DNA of 64,000 nucleotides, from contig OY843584.1 of assembly GCA_963692915.1 (NCBI GenBank), positions 480,001 to 544,000 of the forward strand. The letters run 5' to 3'. Positions 10,632 to 20,691 of the stretch are shown here, one piece after another; the stretch's first letter is position 1, and every line of letters begins with the position of its first letter. A program made the position numbers and the translations under genes. A model generated the notes under the pieces. It searched no databases and had not been told where the DNA came from. It was given only the letters and a program-made list of their open reading frames with translations. The DNA is from Cenarchaeum sp. (GTDB taxonomy: Archaea; Thermoproteota; Nitrososphaeria; Nitrososphaerales; Nitrosopumilaceae).

Positions 10632-11896
10632 TGGCAGCAGGGGGCAAGACGGCAGCAGTGGGCATAGTGGCCCTCATCGCCGGCATCACGATCGGCTTTT
10701 TTGCCACCGGCGGCAACACGATCGCCGACACGCCTGCTGCGCTCCCGCCCGGAGAGATGGGCATGGGGACTCAGGACACATACACGCTGGGCCACATTGC
10801 TCCACTGACAGGCGATCTCTCCCAGTATGGACAGGACGGCATTGCCGCAGCGCGCCTGGCCGAGGCTGACTTTAACGAGTATCTCGAAAAGGTGGGCGCG
10901 ACATGGCGGCTTGCGCTAGCGCACGAGGACAGCCAGACAAACCCCGTGCTCGCACTAGAAAAGATCACTGCGCTCAAGGCCAGGGGCATTGACACGGCGA
11001 TCATATACTCAAGCGCGGCGGTCAACTCGGTAAAGGGATATGTCGACGCAAACGGCATGGTCGTCATTAGCGCAACGTCGACTGCACCGCAGCTTGCGGT
11101 GTCCGGCGATGGCGTCTTTCGCCTTGTTCCAGATGACACAAGGCAGGGGCCGGCGCTCGCAGAGCTTGTGAGTGACTCGGGAGTCGAGATCATGGTGCCG
11201 ATCTGGCGTGGCGACACGTGGGGAGACGGCCTGCACAGGACAGCAGTGGACGCATTTGTGGCCATGGGAGGAACCGCCGATGAGGGAATTCGCTACAACC
11301 CCGAGTCACCCGCGCTCTCCGTGTCAGCATCTGTTCTTGCCGAGAGGGTCGGCGCAATGGTCGACGAGCACGGCGCGGATCGCGTTGGCGTTCTCACGAT
11401 AGGGTTTGCCGAGACGTTAGAGCTCATGCAGGAGGCCTCTGTCCATGACATACTCGATGATGTCTTGTGGTTTTGCACGGACGGCATAACCAACAACCTG
11501 GCACTCGTTAGTGACCCGATAGGACTGGCGTTCGTCGAGTCCACGCGCCTGCACGGCACGCAGCCTGCCGCAGCTGACACGCCACAGCGTACCGATGTTG
11601 AGGCACGACTTGTGGCCGAGCTTGGCCGCGTGCCAAACACGTACTCTTTTGGCGTGTATGACGCAGTCTGGCTCTTTGGCAAGTCTGTGCTAGAGTCAGG
11701 CAGCACTGACGCCGAGGACATTCGCGCTGCGCTCCCGCTTGTTGCCGGTGCTCACAGTGGGGCCATCGGGCACACTGCGCTCAATGACGCCGGCGATCTC
11801 GACTCGGGAGACTTTGCCATATGGGGAGTCATTGATGGCGAGTGGGAGGTCGTGGGGACATACCTGTCACAGGCCGGCACGATAGCGCCCGCCTAG
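10628..11896 (+). CDS. Branched-chain amino acid ABC transporter substrate-binding protein, copy 2
   Basis: Paralogue of the upstream gene (shared P.WRGDTWGDGL, DEGIRYNPES, LNDAGDL). ATG at 10628 overlaps the previous stop. Confidence 0.85.
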   Translation: MMAAGGKTAAVGIVALIAGITIGFFATGGNTIADTPAALPPGEMGMGTQDTYTLGHIAPLTGDLSQYGQDGIAAARLAEADFNEYLEKVGATWRLALAHEDSQTNPVLALEKITALKARGIDTAIIYSSAAVNSVKGYVDANGMVVISATSTAPQLAVSGDGVFRLVPDDTRQGPALAELVSDSGVEIMVPIWRGDTWGDGLHRTAVDAFVAMGGTADEGIRYNPESPALSVSASVLAERVGAMVDEHGADRVGVLTIGFAETLELMQEASVHDILDDVLWFCTDGITNNLALVSDPIGLAFVESTRLHGTQPAAADTPQRTDVEARLVAELGRVPNTYSFGVYDAVWLFGKSVLESGSTDAEDIRAALPLVAGAHSGAIGHTALNDAGDLDSGDFAIWGVIDGEWEVVGTYLSQAGTIAPA

Positions 11897-12618
11897 CCGA
11901 TTCCAAGGTATAGCTTGCTCAGGTCGTCCCTGGCGAGGAGCTCGTCCGGGCTGCCGGCAAAGACTGCACCACCGTTTGCAAGAACGGTCACCGCATCGCC
12001 AACCTCAAGGGCGCGCCTGACGTTCTGCTCCACGAGGACGATCGTGATGCCAAACTCCTCGCGCATCTTGCTGATCTCGTCGAGAACCTCGCCGGCAAGC
12101 TTGGGTGAGAGGTTTGCGGTGGGTTCGTCAAAGAGCATGACGTCAGGCTTTCTGACAAGTGCCATGCCCATGGCGAGCATCTGGCGCTCGCCGCCGCTGA
12201 GGGCCTCTGCGCGCTCGTCAGCATGCCTGACTAGCGCAGGAAATGTCTCCATGACGCCACCGGCGCGCGAGCGCGCCTCCTCGTCGCCTAGCGTGTATCC
12301 GGCCATGACGAGGTTTTCGCGCACGCTGAGGTTGGTGAACACGTTCTTTACCTGCGGGAGGTACGCAATGCCCTCGCGCGCAATATTGTGGGGCGCCATG
12401 CCGGTTATGTCACGCTCTGCGTATGACACGCTGCCCGAGTGGATCGAGCACAGGCCAAACATGCTCTTTAGGAGAGTCGACTTTCCACTGCCGTTGGGTC
12501 CGACAATCACGGTGATCTCGTTCTTTTTCGCATCAAAGTTCACGTCAGATATGACCGTGCTGCTGCCATATCCGGCCACAAGGCTGCGCGTTCTGATGAG
12601 CGGGGTCTCAGCGGCCAA
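11893..12618 (-). CDS. livF: Branched-chain amino acid ABC transporter ATPase (LivF-like)
   Basis: Walker A GPNGSGKST, LSGGERQMLAMG, DEPT, LVEQN. Start uncertain (TTG 12618, or ATG 12645/12669). Confidence 0.88.
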   Translation of the reverse strand: MAAETPLIRTRSLVAGYGSSTVISDVNFDAKKNEITVIVGPNGSGKSTLLKSMFGLCSIHSGSVSYAERDITGMAPHNIAREGIAYLPQVKNVFTNLSVRENLVMAGYTLGDEEARSRAGGVMETFPALVRHADERAEALSGGERQMLAMGMALVRKPDVMLFDEPTANLSPKLAGEVLDEISKMREEFGITIVLVEQNVRRALEVGDAVTVLANGGAVFAGSPDELLARDDLSKLYLGIG

Positions 12619-13363
12619 GGTATGACTCTGCAACTCGCTCGTCATTGACGATCTCGTCTGCGCTCCCACTTGCTATTATGCGACCGTGATCCATGGCAAA
12701 GACGTGGTCTGCGTACTTTAGCGATATGTCAAGGCGATGCTCTATGATGAGAAACGTGATTCCAGACTCTGAGGCCATGTCCTGTATGCCCTTGAATATG
12801 TCGTGGGCAAGCGTGGGGTTTACGCCCGCTATGGGCTCGTCCATGAGCAAGACGCGAGCATTGCCGACCTTTGCCTTTGCGAGCTCGAGTAGCTTGCGCT
12901 GTCCACCGCTAAGGCTGTCACTCCTTGTCACGAGCTTTTCCTGCAGGCCTGATGATGAAAGTGCGCCTATGGCCATGCCCATCGCGCGCTCCTCGTCTTC
13001 CTTCCACACGTGGTGCAGCGGCGCGTTGCGGTACGACTCGCCTGCATTGTCGCCTGTGGCAACGAGGACGTTCTCAAGCGCAGTCAGCATCGAGAATGAC
13101 TGGGGTATCTGGAATGTTCGCACGAGGCCAAGGCGATGCGTCTGGAGCATTGGGCTGTTTGTGATGTCCTCGCCGCCAAGCTTTACGCTTCCGGCATCGG
13201 CGCGAAGCGCACCAGAGATGACGTTTATGAGCGTCGTCTTGCCGCTGCCGTTGGGTCCGATAAGCTGGTGAATCTTGCCCTCCTCGAGGTCCATGTCCAC
13301 GCCGTCAAGGACGACTAGGCCGCCGAAGAGCTTGCGCACGCCCCTGACCTGCAGTATTGCCAT
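12608..13363 (-). CDS. livG: Branched-chain amino acid ABC transporter ATPase (LivG-like)
   Basis: FGGL..LD, GPNGSGKTT, RTFQ, LSGGQRKLLELA, DEPIAGVNP, IIEH, C-terminal YLG. Confidence 0.9.
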   Translation of the reverse strand: MAILQVRGVRKLFGGLVVLDGVDMDLEEGKIHQLIGPNGSGKTTLINVISGALRADAGSVKLGGEDITNSPMLQTHRLGLVRTFQIPQSFSMLTALENVLVATGDNAGESYRNAPLHHVWKEDEERAMGMAIGALSSSGLQEKLVTRSDSLSGGQRKLLELAKAKVGNARVLLMDEPIAGVNPTLAHDIFKGIQDMASESGITFLIIEHRLDISLKYADHVFAMDHGRIIASGSADEIVNDERVAESYLGR

Positions 13364-13630
13364 TGCAGCACGCTCCCCGACTGGGCAGAATTAAGGGTTT
13401 TGAGGCGCCTGCCCAACTGGCAGCTCGTGCCCACTGCCCGCCTTCGCACCGTGGAAGCATTGCCGCGACACGAGATCGGCAGACGCCCACGGCACTCTTA
13501 AATCCGCGCGTCCGGGCACATCGCGCATGACGCGAGGTGCAAGAGCCCATGCGCAGCCGTGCGCTGAACCCATGTCCTGGCTAGCCGGCCGGCCGCGCCG
13601 CGCACATCCGTTGGGGCGGAAACGGGCACC

Positions 13631-14644
13631 ATGATCAGGCCAAGGCTCTGGCACGTGCCGGTGATCGGCGCTGTCGTGGCAGCAGCGGCAATCCTTCTCG
13701 TCTCGCCGGATCTGTCGCCAGACCCGATACTCTCTGCGGCCATCATATACTCTAGCCTTCTTGTGCTCCTTGCGCTGGGACTCACGATGACATACATGAC
13801 AACACGCGTGCCAAACTTTGCGCACGCGGCGGCTGCGACGATCGGCGTGTATGCGGCACTAGTGGTGTCGCGCGTGTGGGAGCTCTCGCCATACCTGTCA
13901 ATACCCATTGCCTTTGGAATCGCGGGAGCCTCGTCGATTGCGCTATACACGTTCATACTAAAGCCGCTCATACGCAAGAACGCCTCGCAGGCAATACAGA
14001 TGATATCGACCCTGGCATTTGACCTTGTGCTCATTGCGGCCCTGAACATAACGGCAGACTATATTGTGCGCACGTACCATGTCACGGCTCGAGAGTTTAC
14101 GCTTCGCAGCTATGATGCGCAGGTTGGCGATCTTCCGGCGGTTCTCTTTGTGGCACCAGTCGTCATTGCCGGAATCGTGATTGCGCTGCACATTATGCTA
14201 AAGCACACGCGCTTTGGAATTGCAATGCGCGCAACGATTGAAAACCCCGACCTGTCTAGCGTTGTAGGCATTAATGTTAGAAACGTGTATGCCGTGTCGT
14301 GGTTTATTGGTGGTGGTCTAGCAGGCGTGGCCGGAGCGCTAATGTCATTGTGGTTTCAGGGAGACCCCGGACTCGGCGCACTCTTGATACCGAGCATATT
14401 TGCGGCTAGCATAGTCGGGGGATTTATGAGCATATATGGCGCGATCGCAGGCGGGATTCTCGTTGGGCTCACGGAGATACTTGGCACACGCTGGCTTGCC
14501 GGCGAGCTGGGCCCGTGGGTCATTGCGTACAGGCCGCTAGTCCCGCTCATATTCATCGTAATCACGCTGATGATCGTGCCACGCGGTCTGGCAAGCGTCG
14601 ACTGGCGCGCACTGGGGAGGAGGTTGCATGTCATTAGGGCCTGA
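13631..14644 (+). CDS. livH: Branched-chain amino acid ABC transporter permease (LivH-like)
   Basis: ALGLTMTY...NFAH, TRFGIAMRA, GIN, hydrophobic TM segments, terminal PRGL. Confidence 0.88.
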   Translation: MIRPRLWHVPVIGAVVAAAAILLVSPDLSPDPILSAAIIYSSLLVLLALGLTMTYMTTRVPNFAHAAAATIGVYAALVVSRVWELSPYLSIPIAFGIAGASSIALYTFILKPLIRKNASQAIQMISTLAFDLVLIAALNITADYIVRTYHVTAREFTLRSYDAQVGDLPAVLFVAPVVIAGIVIALHIMLKHTRFGIAMRATIENPDLSSVVGINVRNVYAVSWFIGGGLAGVAGALMSLWFQGDPGLGALLIPSIFAASIVGGFMSIYGAIAGGILVGLTEILGTRWLAGELGPWVIAYRPLVPLIFIVITLMIVPRGLASVDWRALGRRLHVIRA

Positions 14645-15710
14645 GGTGACGTTCTTTGTCGACCTCCTTGCGATATACTCGATATACCTGATAATCAACA
14701 CGAGCCTAAACCTCGAGTTTGGGTACGCGGGCATTCCAAACTTTGGAAAGGTTCTCGCAGTGGGCGCCGGCGCGTTTGTCGCAGCGGCCATACCGGGGCG
14801 CATACTGGCAAACATGGCAGGCATCGAGGGCGACTATATCACCGAGAACATATACATAATGTCGCAGGTTAACACATGGCTCGTTGACAATACGGGAATC
14901 GGGTTTGTTGTGTTCTTTGTCACGCTGGCGATCGCCGGAGTCGTGGGTGCGGTCCTTGGACTCCTCACGGCATATCCGGCCATACGACTGCGCGGGGACT
15001 ATCTCGCGATAACGCTTCTTGCGTTTGGCGAGGGAATGCGCGTAATCGGGATCAACTATACGGAGATCGCCGGAGGCACCCTCGGCGTGCAGCTTCCGGA
15101 TCCGCTAGTGTGGCTGCCGCAGGACCTGAGGTTTCCAATAGCCACTGTCGGCCTCGTCGCGATGGCCGCCGTGGCCATGATCTACAGCGACAGGCTCGTG
15201 CGCTCCCCGCTAGGGCGCCTCCTGCGCGCCGTGCGAGACAACGAGGTCGCCGCCGAGTCTGTCGGCAAGGACGTCATGCGAGCACGCGTAAAGACGATAA
15301 TGATAGCAGCCGCGATGGCCGGAGTCGCCGGCGCAATGTACGCGTTTTATGTCGGCGGCGCGATATCGTTTGCGTATGACCGCCTCAACTGGACGTTCTG
15401 GCCGTTCATGATGATACTCATCGGCGGACTTGCCAATAGCCGCGGGGTCCTACTCGGCACGCTTCTCTTTGTGCTTGTGCGCAAGTTGATCACGTTCTAC
15501 AAGGACTCGCTGCAGGGCTTTGTCCCGTTTGACGTTGTCTGGCTTGACTATCTCCTTCTTGGGGCAGTTCTCCTGGCCGTTCTGCTGTACAGGCCACAGG
15601 GTCTGCTCTCAGAAAAGGCGACTCCGACAATTCGCGTGCCCGGCCTGCCGCGCGATGAGTCTATTCTCTCGCGCCTTGGCGGCATTGCGCGCCGGCTTGC
15701 TGGCGCCTAG
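14628..15710 (+). CDS. livM: Branched-chain amino acid ABC transporter permease (LivM-like)
   Basis: SLNLEFGYAG, RLRGDYLAITL, SPLGRLLRAVRDNE, RPQGL. Confidence 0.88.
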   Translation: MSLGPEVTFFVDLLAIYSIYLIINTSLNLEFGYAGIPNFGKVLAVGAGAFVAAAIPGRILANMAGIEGDYITENIYIMSQVNTWLVDNTGIGFVVFFVTLAIAGVVGAVLGLLTAYPAIRLRGDYLAITLLAFGEGMRVIGINYTEIAGGTLGVQLPDPLVWLPQDLRFPIATVGLVAMAAVAMIYSDRLVRSPLGRLLRAVRDNEVAAESVGKDVMRARVKTIMIAAAMAGVAGAMYAFYVGGAISFAYDRLNWTFWPFMMILIGGLANSRGVLLGTLLFVLVRKLITFYKDSLQGFVPFDVVWLDYLLLGAVLLAVLLYRPQGLLSEKATPTIRVPGLPRDESILSRLGGIARRLAGA

Positions 15711-16939
15711 CGCGACTTTTTCACGCGTGATATCTCGGCGGCCACTAGTGGAAGGAATGCGCCAACGTCAGTTACAACGCCTAGGGCCTGCCACGTGCCG
15801 CGATCCATGAGCTTTGTGACTGTCGGCTGGCTGATGTCCACCACGACGACCTTTACGTCTGCTGGAAGCATGTTTCCAGTCGCTATCGAGTGGAGCATCG
15901 TTGAGATCATCATGACCATGTCGGCGTCCTTTAGGGCCTTGCGGTATTCGCGCTGAGCCTCGACCATGTCGGTGATAACGCCCGGCAACGGTCCGTCATC
16001 ACGTATTGACGAGGCGAGAACCAGGGGCACGCGTCCCTTTATGCACTCGTACACTATGCCGCGCCGGAGCTTGCGTGTGGAGACCATTCTCGAGAACGAG
16101 CCGGCCTTGAACACTGCGTTTATCGCGTCCATGTGGTTGCGGTGGCCGCGTACGGCAAGTGTCCCGTCGCGCACGTTCATTCCAAGGGACGTGCCCATTG
16201 TCGCGTACTCTATGTCGTGGACTGCCAATGCGTTTCCGGCCAGGACAGCGTCAATGAGCCCTGCACGTATCATGCCGGCCACGGCGTCAGCTGCGCCCGT
16301 GTGCACTATTGCCGGACCGCCCACGAGGACTATGCGTCCACCACGAGCCTTTGTGCGAACAATGTCCTCGGCGACGCGTCTTGCTATGTGCTGTGTCGGC
16401 CTCTCACTTGAGCTGCTGCTTCCCATGAACTCAAAGACGTTGACGCCCTCGCGTGGCCTCTGCGGCGGCGTGACGCGAACTCCGGACTCTCCTGTGACGA
16501 TCTTGTCGCCGCGCTTGACGTGGCGTATGGGCATGCAAGAGGCGCGCCGCCCCTTGATGACGATGCACTTGTCCATCATCATGTTGTCTACCTCGATCCA
16601 CTTTCCGGTGACGCGCACGTGCGTGCGGTTGTTCGTCGTGCTGTAAAAGTTAGCCGGCATCACCATGTTTCGCTGTGCGACGCGCAGCACTGCGTTTTCA
16701 GGCTCCCTTGAGGTTGCCCCGTGGCGATACACGTGCTCTAGTATGCTCTCAAGACCCCCTGCCGTGTCTGCGCGCACGAGAAGACGAGCGTTGCTCTTGT
16801 CTTTTTTGCGCTTTCCGATCTCCATACTTAGAACTTCAAACTCGCCACCCATGTCCATGATGGAGTCAAAGACCCTCGATAGCGTCATAGAGTCGACAAT
16901 GTGCCCCTTTACCTCAATCTCGTGCTCGTGCCGCGCCAT
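15707..16939 (-). CDS. TIGR00300-family protein (ArgZ/AgrE C-terminal-like, putative ornithine cyclodeaminase)
   Basis: GHIVDS, FYSTTN, FEFM.S.SSERP, GGPAIVHTG, GNALAVHDIE, SIRDDGPLP, MLHSIATGN. Confidence 0.85.
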   Translation of the reverse strand: MARHEHEIEVKGHIVDSMTLSRVFDSIMDMGGEFEVLSMEIGKRKKDKSNARLLVRADTAGGLESILEHVYRHGATSREPENAVLRVAQRNMVMPANFYSTTNNRTHVRVTGKWIEVDNMMMDKCIVIKGRRASCMPIRHVKRGDKIVTGESGVRVTPPQRPREGVNVFEFMGSSSSSERPTQHIARRVAEDIVRTKARGGRIVLVGGPAIVHTGAADAVAGMIRAGLIDAVLAGNALAVHDIEYATMGTSLGMNVRDGTLAVRGHRNHMDAINAVFKAGSFSRMVSTRKLRRGIVYECIKGRVPLVLASSIRDDGPLPGVITDMVEAQREYRKALKDADMVMMISTMLHSIATGNMLPADVKVVVVDISQPTVTKLMDRGTWQALGVVTDVGAFLPLVAAEISRVKKSR

Positions 16940-17037
16940 CGCGCAGCACAATTGCGTGCGATAACTAAAACCTTGCCTTGCGAGAGGCGTGGGGGGCTGC
17001 CGCATGGCGGTTCAGTCCGAGCATGGCGCGTGCAGGC

Positions 17038-17406
17038 CTAGACTGGTAGGGTTACCTCTCCCCTGAACTCGCGCAGGCCGTCAATGTCCATGTCTTCGAG
17101 GAGGCGCTTTTTTTGCTCCTCGGTGACGTTTTGCACAATGGCCTTTGCCATGCCCTCCGAGTCAACTAGGGCAAGAAGATACCCGCCTCCGTCAGCGAGG
17201 ACAAACCCCGGCGCGTCTGACACAAAGGCGTACATCGTCTCCTCGCCAACAGGCTCCCATGACGCGCTGTTAGTCGTGTTGCGAAGCGCGAGTGCCGGAA
17301 GCGCGCCATCACCGGCGATCGCGCCGAGATAGTCGCGTGCCTTGGCCACTCTCTTCTGTCCCACCTTTAGGGCTGTAAAATAGCGCATTCTAGCGTGCTC
17401 ACGCAT
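17038..17406 (-). CDS. Conserved hypothetical protein
   Basis: 122-aa ORF with natural composition and a TATA-like element (TTATAT) about 15 bp upstream on the minus strand. Start may be the second Met (17388). Confidence 0.7.
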   Translation of the reverse strand: MREHARMRYFTALKVGQKRVAKARDYLGAIAGDGALPALALRNTTNSASWEPVGEETMYAFVSDAPGFVLADGGGYLLALVDSEGMAKAIVQNVTEEQKKRLLEDMDIDGLREFRGEVTLPV

Positions 17407-17443
17407 CGCCGCTGATATAATTGTGTGGGGGGGATCTATGCAC

Positions 17444-17761
17444 TCACTTGTTGCCGCGAGGCGCCCCGACCATGTCCCCTTCGGAGACGTCCTGATCCCA
17501 TGTCCCCCTTGCGCCCTTGACTAGGGAAAATCCAGACGCGCACACTAGCGCAATCGGCAGCGCGATGGCCCATGTGCTCTCTGCGAGAACCTCGTCGCAG
17601 TCACGCGCGGCACTGCCCGAGTCGCCAAAGTTGCGGCATTTCTCGAATGCCTCGGCCTGCGTGACCGCATCGACATACACAGACCCAAATGCCCCAAAGG
17701 TGACCAGTGCGGCAAACGCAAGCGCGACGCCGGCAACAACAAATCTCATGTCGCTCATCAC
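17444..17761 (-). CDS. Small membrane protein with two TM helices
   Basis: Two hydrophobic segments flanking a Cys-containing loop, C-terminal GTWDQDV...MVG. Coupled to the upstream gene. Confidence 0.65.
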   Translation of the reverse strand: MMSDMRFVVAGVALAFAALVTFGAFGSVYVDAVTQAEAFEKCRNFGDSGSAARDCDEVLAESTWAIALPIALVCASGFSLVKGARGTWDQDVSEGDMVGAPRGNK

Positions 17762-18231
17762 GCTGCGCCCTCGATACGCCTCTTTAGGCTCCCAAGTGAT
17801 GTCGTGTAGAGCGTGCCAAGCGACGTGGCGACACGGCCAAACTCGCCGCTAGTGGCCTCTGCACCAAAATAGGATCTCCACGTGACGCGCGCGGCTCCGC
17901 GCCCTGCTGGCACTATTCCAATTGTCGCGTGATACGAGTCTAGCGGAAGCCCGTCTAGCATGATATACGATATGTACTTGCCCTCGACCCATCCGACGAT
18001 CCTCTCGCTTACGACTGTCCCGTCATCAAACATTATTGTCCGCCCTGCGCCTATCCCGTTGCGGACCGAAGAGTGCGCCTTGACTCCCTTTACCCCGCTG
18101 ACCCACCGGCCCAGCTCCATCACCTTGCTGACACTTGCCCATACCGCCCGCGACTCGGCCCTGATGAGCACGCTGCGGCTAACGGTGCCGCTCCGGTGAG
18201 CCTTTGCCGAGCCTTTGGCCATATGCCGCAT
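17758..18231 (-). CDS. SRPBCC/polyketide-cyclase (START-like) family protein
   Basis: VSRSVLI.A....VW, G.G.GR......G....ERI, Y, VTW pattern. Confidence 0.75.
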   Translation of the reverse strand: MRHMAKGSAKAHRSGTVSRSVLIRAESRAVWASVSKVMELGRWVSGVKGVKAHSSVRNGIGAGRTIMFDDGTVVSERIVGWVEGKYISYIMLDGLPLDSYHATIGIVPAGRGAARVTWRSYFGAEATSGEFGRVATSLGTLYTTSLGSLKRRIEGAA

Positions 18232-18298
18232 GTGCAGGCGCGCCTCGTATTAAATCTTGAAAAAACGCATAAAACTCCCCACTGCACGAGGGGCGTCA

Positions 18299-19588
18299 AT
18301 GGTATTTGGATGGAAAAAAAAGGCACCTCCTGCCGAGCCTGAACGCATGGAGGCCCCGCGCGAGATAGACGTCTCTGACATCGGCGCCGAGCTCGACCGC
18401 CTGTCCTCGGCTAGACGTGACCGTCTCGTCAGTGACGCAAAATCGCTAGTCGGAGGTATCGGCAGTGGACTAGGCGACATGCTCGGGATGGTCGAGCAGC
18501 TCGAACGCGAGGAGCTCATCGAGGAGGAGACTGACAGACACATACGCGCAATTGTGGATCGCGGCAAGAGGCAGGTCATCGCGATAATCCGGAGGGAGGC
18601 AAAAGCCGGAATTCCGGATGTGCGCGAGTATCCTGACGTCATAGAGGCCAACCGCGAGGCTCACCGCATACTAAAGATCATAGGTGATGTCCTTGGAAGA
18701 CAGACGCGAGTTATCCACATATTTGCAAAAAAGTATGCGACGCGCCTAAAGTCCACACTATCGACACTCAACTCAAAAAAGGACGAGCTCGCGCACGCCG
18801 TACGTGACCACGAGTCATTTGAGTTGTCTGTCCGGGACATCCGTGAACGCATAATTGCCCTTGATGATCTGCGTGAGCGTGCGCTCAACTCGTCAGGACG
18901 CGTGACTGCAATTGTCGAGGAACTGCGCGCTAAGCGCAAGGTGCAGCAGGGCGCATCTGAAAAAATATCGACGATTATGTCGACACCCGAGTTTGCCGAG
19001 CACTCTGCACACCTCGATGCGCTCAAAAAGATCGATGCCGAACGAGCCGTGCTTGATCGGGAGATTGGCGGATCCTTTGCCAGGATAAGCCGCCCACTCT
19101 CAAAGTACGTCTATGTCACCTCGCTTGACAAAGAGAAAAAGACTGTCATGGCTCGAATGCTTGACGAGCCGGCAACGGCCCTGCGCGAGTCCGGCCCTGA
19201 TATCGTTCTTGACATACTTGTTCACGTTAGAAAGGCAGTCTCGTCGGGCTCTGTATCCGTAAAGGACATCTCAAAATCCGAGGAGCAGATCGATGCGGTG
19301 TCCGCAGGTCTTGAAGAGTTTGTCTCGCGCATGGGGTCATTAGAGTCGCGCAAGGGCGAGATTGTCGACCGTGTTCGCTCTTTTGACTCTTCACAGCTTG
19401 ACTCTGCACGCGCAACGCTCGAGAGGACAACGTCTGACATTGCCTCACTAGAGTCACACGAGCGCGAGATTCGGGCTGATGCCGTGGCCGCCGAGGCCGA
19501 GATTCCCTCGGCCCTCAAGGCACTAGAGTCGCGTATGCGCGCCGTGACGTCAGTTGCGTATACCGTCCGGATGCCCGATATTCGGTGA
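18299..19588 (+). CDS. Coiled-coil protein (often labelled SbcC-like; no ATPase motifs seen)
   Basis: MVFGWKKK start, long heptad-rich helical sequence, no Walker motifs. Confidence 0.7.
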   Translation: MVFGWKKKAPPAEPERMEAPREIDVSDIGAELDRLSSARRDRLVSDAKSLVGGIGSGLGDMLGMVEQLEREELIEEETDRHIRAIVDRGKRQVIAIIRREAKAGIPDVREYPDVIEANREAHRILKIIGDVLGRQTRVIHIFAKKYATRLKSTLSTLNSKKDELAHAVRDHESFELSVRDIRERIIALDDLRERALNSSGRVTAIVEELRAKRKVQQGASEKISTIMSTPEFAEHSAHLDALKKIDAERAVLDREIGGSFARISRPLSKYVYVTSLDKEKKTVMARMLDEPATALRESGPDIVLDILVHVRKAVSSGSVSVKDISKSEEQIDAVSAGLEEFVSRMGSLESRKGEIVDRVRSFDSSQLDSARATLERTTSDIASLESHEREIRADAVAAEAEIPSALKALESRMRAVTSVAYTVRMPDIR

Positions 19589-19612
19589 TCCAGTGCCCGC
19601 CCGGCGGCCTTC

Positions 19613-19677
19613 CGGGGACTCCCTGATCTGCGCCCGGCAAGCATTCCTGCCCACTCCACTACTTTTCGTACAAGGCA
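19613..19677 (-). mobile_element. IS481 left-end remnant
   Basis: Reverse complement reads tgccttgtacgaaaagtagtggagtgggcaggaatgcttgccgggcgcagatcagggag, a near-identical copy of 27027-27085. Confidence 0.85.
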
Positions 19678-20310
19678 GGCGTGCGACCTGTGGCAATCCC
19701 TACATATTGCCAAAATCACGCCTAGATGCTGTATGGGCCGCCACTACTGACTGCTCGCGTTTCTTCGCCTGGGGGAGCCATAGACACGTGCTGAGAGGCG
19801 GGAAAACTCGACGATCGGCCTGATGGGCCATGTTCATCATATGGGCGTGTCTGCTGCTGCGCAAGAGTCGCAGTTGGCGTACGAGGGTGCTGTTGCAACA
19901 CTGCCATCAGATCCCAGTTGATGCCCCAACGCCGCAAAAGGGGTGCTTTGCGTATGGTGGTGATAGTGCGGCTTGTGTGGCATGGTTGTGCACAAGCATA
20001 CGGCACACATTCTCGGCAATGTGGATGCTTTGATCAGATGAGTTTCAAAAGACTGGTCATTTCGCAATATCAGCATTGTGGATGGCCGTCGATCTGAGGC
20101 CGTGTGCTGATCGGCATTTTAGGGACAGGGTCACAAGGTGCGTAGGGGTGATGTTCCCTTAGAGGACGGCAGGCGGGGATCAGCGCCAACACGCCCAACG
20201 CGACAGGATCCGGCCGGATCACGGATCGTCAGGCGGACACGCCGTGGATTGCCTCCTTTTGGGCGGATCCGGCCGCTTTGTATAAATTAGAGCCAATGTG
20301 GGGGTGCGCC

Positions 20311-20691
20311 ATGAGAAAGTCGATGGAGAATCTTGCCACGAGCAAGATCACCGGGGGACGCAGGAGGCCGCTGAGGATACGGCGCAAGTACGAGATAGAC
20401 CGCTATCCAAACGAGGCACCGGCCGGCCCGCAGGCGACTGTCACGCGCAGCACGCGCGGTGGCGTGCTAAAGACTGCGCTAAAGGCAGCCGACTATGCAA
20501 ACCTCACTGCTCCCGGAGCAAAGACAGTTCGCACAAAGATACTAAAGGTTCTTGACAACCCAACTAACAACGACTATCGTCGGCGTGGAATCATCACGCG
20601 CGGCGCCGTACTCGAGACGGAGGCCGGCAAGTGCAGGGTCGTCTCGCGTCCCGGACAGGACGGCGCAGTCAACGCAGTGCCTGTGCAATGA
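20311..20691 (+). CDS. rps8e: 30S ribosomal protein S8e
   Basis: SKITGGRR...RKYE, TRGG..K, NPTNNDY.RRGIITRGA, SRPGQDGAVNA. Confidence 0.95.
   Translation: MRKSMENLATSKITGGRRRPLRIRRKYEIDRYPNEAPAGPQATVTRSTRGGVLKTALKAADYANLTAPGAKTVRTKILKVLDNPTNNDYRRRGIITRGAVLETEAGKCRVVSRPGQDGAVNAVPVQ

Noticed and set aside
13527-13634. 35-codon uORF overlapping the livH start as an attenuator leader
   Set aside because: No Leu/Ile/Val codon run or terminator, so probably a chance ORF in GC-rich DNA.
18299-19588. Rad50/SbcC or SMC-like defence ATPase
   Set aside because: No Walker A/B or signature motif and no nuclease partner. Only coiled coil is visible.
20040-20277. SRP RNA near srp19
   Set aside because: No helix-8 CAGG...GGAA...AGCA motif found. 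The ggaagggagc at about 23299 is within the sufC leader and lacks flanking helices.
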